This document shows, piece by piece, positions 1 through 10,945 of a stretch of DNA of 64,000 nucleotides. The notes under the pieces are model-generated. The model had not been told where the DNA came from. It did no database searches and saw nothing but the letters and a program-made list of their open reading frames with translations. Made by a program: the position numbers and the translations under genes. The first letter of the stretch is position 1. The number at the start of each line of letters is the position of its first letter. The stretch comes from Monocercomonoides exilis PA203 (Eukaryota > Protista > Preaxostyla): positions 496,001 through 560,000 of the forward strand of contig LSRY02000013.1 of the NCBI GenBank assembly GCA_001643675.2, written 5' to 3'.

Positions 1-3000
1 TCTTTGAATGTGATGTTCGACAGCACAAATGGCAATGCCTTCTGAGTTGCACTCTGTGATTTCAAAAACAGTCCTCCGCCTCTCCCAATGTTCGAACAGA
101 AACACTCTGTCACATTCGTGTGATTCATTTCCAATCTCCCCCTTTCATTGAAAAGGAAAAACACTCCTCCTCCTTCATTCGAATTTGTTGATCCACAGCC
201 ATCAATTGTTGAGTTCTCCATTTTCAGTCTCACTACGTTCGGCACATAACAGAAAAGAAATGAAGGGTTGTTTGACGCACTTTGCTTCACATTCATGAAC
301 GTGCATTGTTCAAACAGAATGTTCCACACTTCTTCTGCATTTTCATTCCCAACTCCAGGAATCACACCTTCACTCATCGCAATTGCACTTTTCCCACTCA
401 ATGCAATTTCCTCAAATATTATTTCGCTCATTGACACCACACAGTCAGCTGATATCCTCAAAATCTCGTGCATCGTTGAGAATCCAGCTATTTCTATCTT
501 TTCAATAGAAACAATTCCTTTCAATGCACTGATCAGGACAAATGACACCTCACTTTCAGCATTGCCAATTGTGTGAATCGAACAGCTCACAACACTCGTT
601 TTGATTGCTTCTGATCCTGTCTGAATAAGGATGTTTGCTCCGTTGTCAAAGGCACTGGGGATCAGAATCCCCAATTCACTGAAGTGAACAACCCCTTTGC
701 ACTCAACAACAGCATCTCCGTCCCCTTCAATTGTTTGAGCAAATCGTATTTTATCTGACTCCCCATTTGTTCCTTCCACCTTCATCCCACTCACACTCAT
801 TTCACTCCTCACATCACAATTCCCCTGAACTGTAATCGATTCAATCCCTAAGTCACTCCCTCGCTTCACCCCATAATCAACCGATCCACATGGATACTCC
901 AACAGTCCACACACAATCACATTGTTTCCTCCTCTTGCAACAAGCACACTAGTACCAATATCTTTCCAGAAATAGATCAGTGGGATTGCACATTCCTTGT
1001 TTCCTCCATCATACCCTCTCATTGAGTCTTCATTCAGCTTCTCCAGTCTATCTCTCACAAATGGCAATGTTTCGTTCTTTACACTCTTGGCAAGTGATGG
1101 AGATGAAATGAACAGATCCTTCCCATATTTCGCATCGTTTGGCTTCTCAGATGAAAAAACAGGTGAGGATATCACAAACCCTGCTTTTCCTTCTTCTTCT
1201 TCTTTCAGTATCTTCAGCATTATTCCTCCTCCATATCCAACACTTCCCTCTTCATATGGTGCTGTGCAACAATAAAACGAACATCCATTAATTATGAGAT
1301 TCGTTTTCGAAGATGCCTCACAAAAGAGTGCTCCTCCCCCACACTCTTCTTCCTCTCCAACGACAGCACATCCTTCGAATGTGCAGTCATTTATTTCCAC
1401 TTTGTAATCTTTTCCATCATTATCATCCCCATTGTTTGCAATGCTGATGCATCCTCCACTTCCCTTCGAACGAGTGATCGATGAAAATGTGCATCCTGAC
1501 ATCTCTTCAATAATCCCCTCGTGGCACTCAACTACACATCCATCGCTGAATGTGATTTTTCCGAAATTGCTGTTCGTCATATTCATCGAAGGCACACTTT
1601 CAGCATTCCCTTCAACAACGAATATCAATGAACACCATTTGACAGCACTCTCTGACGCAAACTCACTCACTTCCACTACCCCTCCAACAGCCTTCACAAA
1701 CACAGTCGAAATAGGCTCAGTGCCTCCTTCCATCCCACATCCATTCAGTGTGAGCTTCCCTGAATGGCACTCAAACACACTTTCATGAAAGGTCAGAGAT
1801 TTCTTCAAAGAAAATACAATACCAGTCACAGACACAGAAACTGTGATTTCAATCAATCCACTTTGAGCTCCCACTTTCAGATCAGAAACATCACATTTCA
1901 TCTTATCCTCTTTGGATGCAATGCTCCATTCATTCGAAGTCAACTCCAATTCTTCCTCAAAGACAAATGGCTCAAGAAGAGCAACATCCTTTTTCTTCCC
2001 TTCAAAGTGGAGCGACACTGCCTTTGAAATGGATGAACACGGAAATTCTTCAAATCCACACTTCGAGAAATCATGGCTCAACGATCCTCCTCCAACAAAT
2101 GCAGACCCTGAAAAGTTATCCCACAGATACACTACTAGTGGGATGGCAAAAGTCTCATTCAATGTCGATCTCTCAAATCCATTCATTTTTGTTAAATCGT
2201 TCAAATCAACATTAAATCCAATCGATCTTCTGTCAATCACATTCATCAGCTCTTTTGCGTTAACGAACACTTCTTTCCCTTCTCTGGCATCACACCCAGA
2301 AAATGAAACATCCCTCAAAATGAATGAGCTAGCTCCATCATCCAAATGAAGATAAATCCCTCCTCCATATCCACTCTCTCCGTCTGTGTTTTGTATTGCC
2401 TTGCAATTTGTGAGTTGAAGCAAACCACTTCCATCATTGGAATATGCCTCTTGTGTTTGGTCAGCATCTGTCATGTTTCCCACAGTGAAAAATGATCCTT
2501 CTTCCATCTCAACCCACAACCCTCCTCCATTTCCCCCATTGCTCTCACACCCTGACATCATCCCTTCAACAATTTCCAGTGAGCAATCCCTCCCAAGTGT
2601 GCATTCCACTGCTCCCCCATTTTCTCCGTTCCATCTGAGTCCACTCATTGAACTGTTTGTGAGCTTCAGCATCTTGGCTGAATTTGTTGAAATCACTCGA
2701 GTTGACTCTGTTGATGATTTCACTGAAAGTGTTGAATCTCTTATCGAAAAAGATGCTCCATTAGCCACCCCAAACAAAACACTATTTCCTGTCGAGCTAA
2801 TATCCTCAACATTCATGGAAGAGAATGTTCCAGCAGCATTGTTTCCATCAAGACAAATCAATGGATGATTCCCAATGGACAAAGACAACGCAGAAAGCGA
2901 TGAAACGGACACCTCACCTGCTGACACGGACAAAAACACATAAGATAACGCTGATTGGGAATTTTGCAAAGTCAGTGAGCAATCATCAAGCGAAAATGAT

Positions 3001-5837
3001 TGTGAGGAAGAAAAGAAGAACATTTCGTGATTTGCGAGACCAGAAGGAACAGAGAAAGCAAGTGAACTCACATTTGTATTTGCACTTATTGTTATCAAAC
3101 TTTCTTTCACTCCGTTTCGTTCATTCCCCGCATTCCATCCACTGTTTCCATCTTTCCCTCTGATTGTGTGCTTGAGGGAGTCAAATGTCAGCTCATCTTG
3201 CATTTCGATCGTCCCATCAACAACAATCTTCTTTTCCTTTTCTTGCCTTGTCAAGCAATGCTTCAGAGTCTGACACGGAATTTCAGCGTATCCACAATAA
3301 GAATTGTCAAAAGCATCAACATTGCTCACAACAATCTCTTCTGGCAAAGGAATCAGATAAACACATAGCGGAATTGGAGCTGATTCATCTCCATTGTTGA
3401 ATCCTTGTATCTTGCTCTTTGTATCGAACGAGGCTGTCAATGAAGTGATCTTCCCACTTTTTGCTATTGACTCCAAGTTGATCGAGTCAACAAAAATATC
3501 ACTTCCCCATTTGGCTCTGTTTCCTTCAAACACTTGTGAAATCAGAAACTCTGCATCTGTATCTTTCACTTTCAGTCCAATCCCTCCTCCTCTGCCTTGT
3601 ATAGTCGATGCATAACAGTTTCTTATAACGCCTCCATTCATCGTTAATGAACCAACGTTCCCCATTTCAATCATCACACCACCTCCAAAATCAGAATCTA
3701 CACTCCCACTCTCATAAATCGTGCATCCCTCAACAGTTATCAATTGTGACCCTTCACCCACACTCATCAACGATGATCCGGCTGTTGTTCTCACAATATT
3801 GCTGAACACACAGTTATCCAGGTTCAATGAAGCAGATGATCCTTGAGAAAGTGATATCACACTTGTGGCGCCGAATGTTCTGCCCCATCTCACATCTTGC
3901 ATCTTCAACTCTCCCCCTTCCAGTTTCACAAGTGAGTTTTGAATGCTCCTCTCTTCTGAATGAGCTGCATCCATCGAAATGTTCATTCGCTTCACATCCA
4001 TCAACCCACTTCCCTCAACCTCAAACAGTCTGCATTGCCTGTTGTTTTCATATGAGGTGTTGTGAACCACTGACAGATCGCTCACACTCAACTCCCCTGT
4101 TCCAACACAAAACAGACACAATCCATTTTTCTCAAAATTTGTTTCAATGGATGAGCCAGCTGGTGAAATTCCATTCACAGTGATTGTTTTCTCCCCAATG
4201 TCAACTCCTTCTCCTTCCACAACTGTTCCATTCAACACCTTGATTTCCTCCACAAACCCTTCAATCATTTGTGAAAGGCAATGGCTGATTGTGAGGCATG
4301 CACACGATTCATTCAACCCACAGCTGAATGTATCTTTTGCATTTGCTTGACTCTCCTTCGAGGAGACAAATCTGCATTTTCCTCCTGTGTTAGGAAGCCA
4401 ATCACTTTTGTCACCATCTGCATAATATCTAATTCCATCTGTTCTTGTTGAAAAGCAACAAACAATTTGTGAATGTGTTGAATTATCCTTCAAAAATATA
4501 TCGTTTCCATATGGAGCGATATTGTTATGAAAAAAGCAAAACCAAAGCAGACTGCCACAAAACCCATTTGTCCTTATGCTCACTCCACCACCGTGATATT
4601 CTGATAAGCACGCTTGAAAACGGCAATTTTTTATTACAATCATATCAATTGCAGACCAATGAAATAATCCGCCTCCATCTGCATCAACATATGAGTGACC
4701 ACTGCAATTAACAAATGAGCAATCCAATATGCAATCTTTTGTCCTTGACGCATTCGATCCGAATATTCCAAGTCCTCCACCATCTTCTACAGACCAGCCA
4801 TCCATGAAAAGACAATTTTTAATAATTGGCTGAACAGATAACAAATCAACTTCTATTCCTGCTCCTCCATAATCCGAAGATCCAACGCAATAACATTCAT
4901 GAAATGTGGAATGTTTTACTGCGCATTCGGCAATTCTCAAAACATAAATTCCACCCCCTCTTGTTGAAGTTGCATTGCATTTTATAAACGATGAGTTTTC
5001 AACCGAAAGAGTTGCATTCAAATTATCATGCACATACAATGCTCCGCCACAAGAGGCAGAACATCCATCCCATTCTGAATTCTGGAACTGCTGAGATTGT
5101 GTTGTGTCCAAATGCTCATTATTTCCTTTTTTCCAGTCATTTCTGAAATTGTTGTTGAATGTGCAATTGTCACAGAAAAAGCAAGCTGAACCCAATGTTC
5201 CGCACGCAACTCCTCCTTCCAGCACATCTGTGGAACCTTCTATCAAACAATCTTGCATTGTGCTTTTCATTAGCATTGTCTTTGTGTTGCATCTGTCATT
5301 TCCTTTGCTCAATTTTCTCGTGATATTTGCAAACTTGCAGTTTTTGATTCTTTCTGAGTATCCTTCACCACTTCTCAAAAAGTTCCCGCATCCACAAAAC
5401 ACACAATCTCTGCATTCGCAATTTTCAACCTGAATTCGAGACATTTGCTTGTCAATTCTCACAAAACTTTTCATCACTGTTCCTCTTGTGAAACTCATTT
5501 CAGACACGTTCATAAAAATGCATATTCCTTCAGAATGCATGAAACAAGATTTTTGTATTGGACTTCTAACAAATCTGCATGTGCATATTCGTGCTGACGA
5601 TTGATTATCAACAACCAAGGAGCTTTTCTCGCTCACGTGATGAAATATCATTTGATGGAAATCCACTGAAGAGTTGAATAAGAAGCCTGTTATTTCAGTG
5701 AAGCTTTCTGTGTCTCTGACTTTGTTTCCTTCAAAAGAGCCTCTATTTATCACATTATCCTTTGATTTGCAATCATGGTTTTCTTCTTTGCATTTAAAGG
5801 ATATCAGTGCACAAAGGGAAAAAATGAGAAATCTCAT
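1..5837 (-). CDS. Large secreted/surface protein with GGAIY/GGGIY repeats (pectin-lyase/Pmp-like beta-helix), 3' end runs off the window
   Basis: ATG at 5837 (MRFLIFSLCALISFKC..., signal-peptide-like). The same frame was spot-checked as coding at several points down to position 3. Recurrent CGGALY, RGGGIY, GYGGGIY and CG..YPC motifs. Probably missing from the ORF track because no stop falls within the window. About 1945 aa or more. Confidence 0.8.
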   Translation of the reverse strand, partial: MRFLIFSLCALISFKCKEENHDCKSKDNVINRGSFEGNKVRDTESFTEITGFLFNSSVDFHQMIFHHVSEKSSLVVDNQSSARICTCRFVRSPIQKSCFMHSEGICIFMNVSEMSFTRGTVMKSFVRIDKQMSRIQVENCECRDCVFCGCGNFLRSGEGYSERIKNCKFANITRKLSKGNDRCNTKTMLMKSTMQDCLIEGSTDVLEGGVACGTLGSACFFCDNCTFNNNFRNDWKKGNNEHLDTTQSQQFQNSEWDGCSASCGGALYVHDNLNATLSVENSSFIKCNATSTRGGGIYVLRIAECAVKHSTFHECYCVGSSDYGGAGIEVDLLSVQPIIKNCLFMDGWSVEDGGGLGIFGSNASRTKDCILDCSFVNCSGHSYVDADGGGLFHWSAIDMIVIKNCRFQACLSEYHGGGVSIRTNGFCGSLLWFCFFHNNIAPYGNDIFLKDNSTHSQIVCCFSTRTDGIRYYADGDKSDWLPNTGGKCRFVSSKESQANAKDTFSCGLNESCACLTISHCLSQMIEGFVEEIKVLNGTVVEGEGVDIGEKTITVNGISPAGSSIETNFEKNGLCLFCVGTGELSVSDLSVVHNTSYENNRQCRLFEVEGSGLMDVKRMNISMDAAHSEERSIQNSLVKLEGGELKMQDVRWGRTFGATSVISLSQGSSASLNLDNCVFSNIVRTTAGSSLMSVGEGSQLITVEGCTIYESGSVDSDFGGGVMIEMGNVGSLTMNGGVIRNCYASTIQGRGGGIGLKVKDTDAEFLISQVFEGNRAKWGSDIFVDSINLESIAKSGKITSLTASFDTKSKIQGFNNGDESAPIPLCVYLIPLPEEIVVSNVDAFDNSYCGYAEIPCQTLKHCLTRQEKEKKIVVDGTIEMQDELTFDSLKHTIRGKDGNSGWNAGNERNGVKESLITISANTNVSSLAFSVPSGLANHEMFFFSSSQSFSLDDCSLTLQNSQSALSYVFLSVSAGEVSVSSLSALSLSIGNHPLICLDGNNAAGTFSSMNVEDISSTGNSVLFGVANGASFSIRDSTLSVKSSTESTRVISTNSAKMLKLTNSSMSGLRWNGENGGAVECTLGRDCSLEIVEGMMSGCESNGGNGGGLWVEMEEGSFFTVGNMTDADQTQEAYSNDGSGLLQLTNCKAIQNTDGESGYGGGIYLHLDDGASSFILRDVSFSGCDAREGKEVFVNAKELMNVIDRRSIGFNVDLNDLTKMNGFERSTLNETFAIPLVVYLWDNFSGSAFVGGGSLSHDFSKCGFEEFPCSSISKAVSLHFEGKKKDVALLEPFVFEEELELTSNEWSIASKEDKMKCDVSDLKVGAQSGLIEITVSVSVTGIVFSLKKSLTFHESVFECHSGKLTLNGCGMEGGTEPISTVFVKAVGGVVEVSEFASESAVKWCSLIFVVEGNAESVPSMNMTNSNFGKITFSDGCVVECHEGIIEEMSGCTFSSITRSKGSGGCISIANNGDDNDGKDYKVEINDCTFEGCAVVGEEEECGGGALFCEASSKTNLIINGCSFYCCTAPYEEGSVGYGGGIMLKILKEEEEGKAGFVISSPVFSSEKPNDAKYGKDLFISSPSLAKSVKNETLPFVRDRLEKLNEDSMRGYDGGNKECAIPLIYFWKDIGTSVLVARGGNNVIVCGLLEYPCGSVDYGVKRGSDLGIESITVQGNCDVRSEMSVSGMKVEGTNGESDKIRFAQTIEGDGDAVVECKGVVHFSELGILIPSAFDNGANILIQTGSEAIKTSVVSCSIHTIGNAESEVSFVLISALKGIVSIEKIEIAGFSTMHEILRISADCVVSMSEIIFEEIALSGKSAIAMSEGVIPGVGNENAEEVWNILFEQCTFMNVKQSASNNPSFLFCYVPNVVRLKMENSTIDGCGSTNSNEGGGVFFLFNERGRLEMNHTNVTECFCSNIGRGGGLFLKSQSATQKALPFVLSNITFK

Positions 5838-6247
5838 CTCTTGTTCAATTTAAAAAATTGATCTCATTCCTTTATTCCGCTTTCTTTTCGAAATATTTCG
5901 TTATATCTTCTTTTGGCTATGCAAACAGTGATCACAGTAAATGAATTGAGAATTTCACCATTTTAATTGGATAAGTTGTTCTCTTTTCCTTGGTACACTC
6001 AATATCATTGATTTTGCTTCAATGAAAATACTGATTGTTAAAGTTGAGAGTTTAGCTTGTTTCGAAAAATCTTAAAATGCCTTTGAAATATTTCATTCAA
6101 CTCTTTTAATGTTTCTTTTTCACTGTTCTTTGAATTCACCTTTTCAAAATTTTGAAATTTAGATTTTTTTAATATTTTTATAAAAAAAGCAGAAAATAAA
6201 AGAATATAATTCAACCTGAAAGAATCAATTTTCAAATTAAAATACCT

Positions 6248-6259
6248 AAAAAAAAAAGA

Positions 6260-6300
<41 letters not shown>

Positions 6301-6364
6301 AAAAGAAAAAAGAAAAAGAAAAAAGAAAAGAAAAAAGAAAAAGAAAAAAGAAAAATAAAAATAA
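6248..6364. repeat. Purine-rich simple repeats: (GATA)7 followed by (GAAAAA)n
   Basis: Seen directly: gatagata... at 6271-6300, flanked by A/G-rich runs. Confidence 0.9.
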
Positions 6365-6448
6365 AGGTGTTAACTTCAAAACATAAGAATGGAATAGATA
6401 TTGGTATTATAGAACAAAATGGCAATCAGAAAACACACAAATTACACT

Positions 6449-6696
6449 ATATGTCTAAGTTTTTTTGAAAAGTTCCTTTTGTTTAATTTACAAATAAAAT
6501 AAAAATTTAATATTTCAATCAAATTTCTGTTCCCACTTACGAAACTTTTCTAGAATGGAAATAACAACATTATTGAGATTTTATTTTCATGACAACAAAA
6601 TTTGGTGAGTGGGAACAGAAATTTGATCGAAATATGAAATTTTTTCTTTATATGAAAATTAAACAAAAGTAACTTTTCAAAAAAATATAGACATAT
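6449..6696. repeat. Imperfect inverted repeat (about 115-bp arms), MITE-like
   Basis: atatgtctaagttttttgaaaagtt...tcaaatttctgttcccact pairs with agtgggaacagaaatttga...aacttttcaaaaaaatatagacatat; roughly 80% identity by eye, short loop. Confidence 0.85.
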
Positions 6697-7262
6697 TCTG
6701 ATTATATTTGTTGTTTAAAGAATGTGTTGTGTGATAGAAGTTTGCGGAAATGTGTTATTGACAGAAAACAAAAAAAATTATTTCTTATTTTTCATAATTC
6801 TTATTTCAACAAAAGAATGCATTCCAAAGCAATTTTCACCATCTGCATCTCCTTAATAAACATCTCAATCATTAAAAAAATATTTACATCTTTTGCATCA
6901 TCGGATCTCCGTTTAATGTGTTTTTTTCCAAATTTGATTTATTGATCATATCCCATTTATTAATCGAAATAAAGAATTTACTTATTATTTCGATTTCATG
7001 AGAAAACATTTCCGCACAAAATCATTAGCATGAATAACAATGATTTAATATTTGTTAACATACCGTGTTGTTTTTTTTCGATTTCAGTGAATACAATTAA
7101 GTGTCATTATGCCTTATCTTCCACTCAAGTCTTCATTGTGGAGGAAAGTCTTGGAATAAATCAGAAATTTAGACTGAATCATGAATAATATTCACATTTT
7201 TCAAATGGTTATGCCTGAAGTGTTTCTTTTCTTCATTAAAATTGCTATCGTTTTACATCTTG

Positions 7263-7620
7263 CAGTTTGCGCAAAAAATACAGGACAAGATCGATTTCTC
7301 AACAACTGAAAGAGAAATAATTCTGATAATTTTCCTTCAAATATATCTCATCAATGCAAACTCAATTGATAAACGAGACTTTCAGGACAGCTTCGCTTGA
7401 GCTCAGAAAAAATATTTATAGAAATCTTGGAGAAACTCATATTTATATTTCTCCGAGATTTCTATAAATATTTTTTCTGAGCTCAAGCGAAGCTGTCCTG
7501 AAAGTCTCGTTTATCAATTGAGTTTGCATTGATGAGATATATTTGAAGGAAAATTATCAGAATTATTTCTCTTTCAGTTGTTGAGAAATCGATCTTGTCC
7601 TGTATTTTTTGAGCAAACTG
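7263..7620. repeat. Near-perfect palindrome: 173-bp arms, 12-nt loop
   Basis: Left arm 7263-7435, loop ctcatatttata 7436-7447, right arm 7448-7620. Only two mismatches seen (7271/7612 and 7428/7455). Confidence 0.97.
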
Positions 7621-7698
7621 TATTTGGTGTTTCTATTTTTTGCGCAATCTCAAATCTTTGAATTTTTTATTTTGAAAATTAACATTTGAAGATGTCTA

Positions 7699-8176
7699 CA
7701 CCAAAAATTAATCAACATCGAAAAAGTTTAAAACAACATCGAAAAACTTTAATTCTGCATCGAAAATTCTTTATCATCTAAAAATTTGAAAAAAAATCAT
7801 AAAATTCATACTCATGTCAGTTTCTTTTCTTTCAGTTATTGATCTGAGAAATTTGTCAATTTCTATTTGAAAAATATTTTTTTATGTTTTTTTGGTGTTT
7901 GATTGTGTGAAATAGTGGAAATTGGATAAAACTGAATTGTGATTTAACTCCTCACATGCGCTTGGGAATTTATAAGGAATTTATGCAAAAAACAAAAGTG
8001 ATAGGATAGTTCATGATCTTGTTTTGTGCACAAAAAGACAGAAATCAATCTTTTCTGTTTGAAACGAAAAGTTTTCGATTTCATTTTTTGCATTTGAATC
8101 TGATAAAAAAAACATTTTCAATCTTCAAAATGAGGAAAGAATCGATTGATATCAGTCTTTATCATTGAAAACAGTA

Positions 8177-8228
<52 letters not shown>

Positions 8229-8430
8229 ACCAATAAATTAACATAAGTTATTATCAACATTTGTTTCAAAAAAATTTATTTGGTTTTGACTTTTTTTGAA
8301 ATTCTGAACAAATTATCTTCTTTTTCGATTATGAATTTAACATTTTCGATGTTGAATTAAATACTTAAAATCTTGAATTAAACTTTTTCGATTTTGAATA
8401 ATAATTTTCGATGTTGAATAATTTTTGGTG
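7699..8430. mobile_element. Putative non-autonomous DNA transposon with CACCAAAAATTA termini and subterminal CAACATCGAAAA repeats
   Basis: Left end caccaaaaattaatcaacatcgaaaa; right end reverse complement caccaaaaattattcaacatcgaaaa. The (CA)ACATCGAAAA-like motif occurs about 3 times at each end in opposite orientation. No clear TSD and no ORF. Confidence 0.55.
8180..8226 (+). repeat. Poly(A) tract, 47 nt
   Basis: Seen directly. Confidence 0.95.
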
Positions 8431-8639
8431 CGGAACATCAAAAAAAAAGTTTCTTACAAACTTGAAACTTTTCTTTGAAGTTTCTTTTTTCGCTCTCTTG
8501 ATCCATTTCCCACTTCAATTGTTTTGCAAAAGGTGTGAGATGAAGAATTATTATATCGAGAAAAAATACAATAGGGCTATTTAAATTGTTATATTAAAGG
8601 ACAGTTTTTTATTTTTTGATTTGATTAGAGACTTTACTC

Positions 8640-10107
8640 ATGAGTTTTCTGAGTTTTCGACCGAAACCTGCTGATTTCGTTAAATCTCTGTCTACAGCGC
8701 TTCATTTAATTGCAGCAAACAAAGAAGTCAAAGCCGTTGAAAAGGGAGTGAAAGATAGCGCTAAAGCAATAAATTCATTGAAAATTCTCCTTTATGGTGA
8801 TGCTGAAAATGAGCCAAGCAAAGATGCATTATCACAAATTGTAACTGAGATAATCGCATCAAACACACTTGTGCTAATGATGATATATTTGGGATCACTA
8901 GAATTTGAAGTATTAACTGTTTTGTGAATGTTTTGCATTCAATCATGTTTTATTTAGGCAAGAAAGAACTGCACAACTGTATTTAATGCACTTGTGCACA
9001 GAGAGCCAACAAATGAACTTGTAATTAGGCATATTCTGGAACATCCAGAAATCATCCGTGTAATGCTTGTTGATTTTCAGAAATCCAAAATTGCACTTTC
9101 TCTAGGATCTATGTTTCGTGAATGCATTCGCTCCCAGGCTCTTGCAAAACTTGCAATAGAGATGCCAGAGTTTTCGTTTCTTTTTCATTATGTTGAATTG
9201 GAAAATTTTGAATTGGCAAGCGATGCATTCACATCATTTAAGGTTTTTATTTGGTTATGCCAAATTTGTTTTATGTTATATTATTCTTTTTTCCTTTAAA
9301 GGATATTTTAACTCGTCATAAGCAGATTGTTTCAGAGTATTTGCAAACACATTATAATTCTGTATGCTGCTATTTGATAAACGGAATTCATTTCTGACAA
9401 CTTTTTTTTTCGTAAAAAAGTTTTTTGATAATTACACAGCTCTTCTTAGCTCAGCAAACTATGCGACACGTAGGCAGAGCGTTAAAGTTTGATGTCTTAC
9501 ATTTTTATGATTCTTGAAACTTTCTTCCTTTTTGTCTTTTTTTGCATTTTTAATGCTTTGTTTCAAATCCTTCATTTTTTTTTTTTCATTTGTCTTTTTA
9601 AAAATTCATTCGAAGCTTCTTTCAGATTTGCTTTTTGACCGGCAAAACTACTTCATAATGATGAGGTATATTGCAGATGCTCAAAATCTGCGTCGGATTA
9701 TGACTTTGCTGCGAGACTCTTCAAAGGCAATTCAGTTCGAATCCTTTCACGTTTTCAAGGTTTTTGTTATGAACCCCGAGAAACCTGAACAAATTGCAGA
9801 GGTTTTGAAAAAGAACAGAGAGAAACTCATACCTTTTCTGATTGAATTTCATAATGATAGAAGTATGCCTAAGATAGTGATGAGTGGTTATGAAACATAC
9901 AGACAAATAATGAAATATAATTAATTCTGTTGTTTCATTAATTATTTTATTTGTAATTTTGTGAATTTATTTATTTTAAAATTCTTATTATTTTATGTCT
10001 ATTTATTATTTAATTTGATTATTGTTCGCTTATTCCGATTTGTAGCAAAAGATAAGCAGTTTTTGGAAGAAAAAGGGCTTCTTCTTGAGGAAATTAAAAA
10101 TTTGTGA
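8640..10107 (+). CDS. CAB39: MO25/CAB39 family scaffold protein (6 exons)
   Basis: Spliced translation contains FELASDAFTSFKDILTRHK, NYATRRQSVKLL and IQFESFHVFKVFVMNP, typical of Mo25. GT-AG introns (first 8910-8957). Stop TGA 10105-10107. Confidence 0.93.
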
Positions 10108-10945
10108 TCTTTTTATCAATTTCAGTTTTAGTATTTCCTTTATTATTTAGCATATTGCTTTGTCTTTATCCTTTTATTTTTCCCGAGGATTTGTCATATG
10201 ATTTTTCATTTTGAATCAGAACCTGATAGTTTTAAGGCTGTATATTTAGTATTATCGCACTATCATTTGTTATATTTCATTGAGGTGATTGCGTATTTAT
10301 ATATCTTCTTCTCTTTTGCATCACCTGAATGAATGATCTTAGAAATTTAACATTAGTTTTAAATTCTTCAATTTAAAAATAAAATGTGTTATTTTGAATT
10401 TTTTCTTAATTATGTTCATTTTTGAAATTTTCAGAAATTCAATTTTTTGTATGTTTTCAAATTTTATTTTGACAAAAACATTTTCTTTTCTATCTTTCTT
10501 TTTTTATTTTTGCATTTAATTTTAATTTTAATTTTTTGAAATGAATATTTTTTATCCTAAATATTAATTTTTTTTGAGAGTTGGATTTGTCATTTCTTTG
10601 AAGCTTGAACCTTACGTGATTCATAACTAATACTTATTTTATATTCGTTGGTTAATTCAAGCTTTTCTTATATATCTTGAACTAGTTGATATTGTTTAAA
10701 TCTGTACTTTCCAGAATTATTTTTGTCAACTTTGGCTGAGTATTCCAATCTGCCAAATGTTTATTTTTTTTAAAATATCAGCGCACATCTAAAAACAAAG
10801 AAAAATCTAATTCAATCGATAAAACAAAAGTTATTTTTTTATCGCTTATCTCTTTAACACAACAATTACTTAATCCGTTGGAAAAAAAAGATGGATTGAA
10901 TTATGATAACTTCATGTTGATCAAAAAGTAATAAATAACTGAGTA

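Noticed and set aside
268-5433. Many short + strand ORFs
   Set aside because: Antisense shadows of the long minus-strand surface-protein gene.
6724-7260. Possible decayed coding fragment
   Set aside because: Only short open stretches with no recognisable motif.
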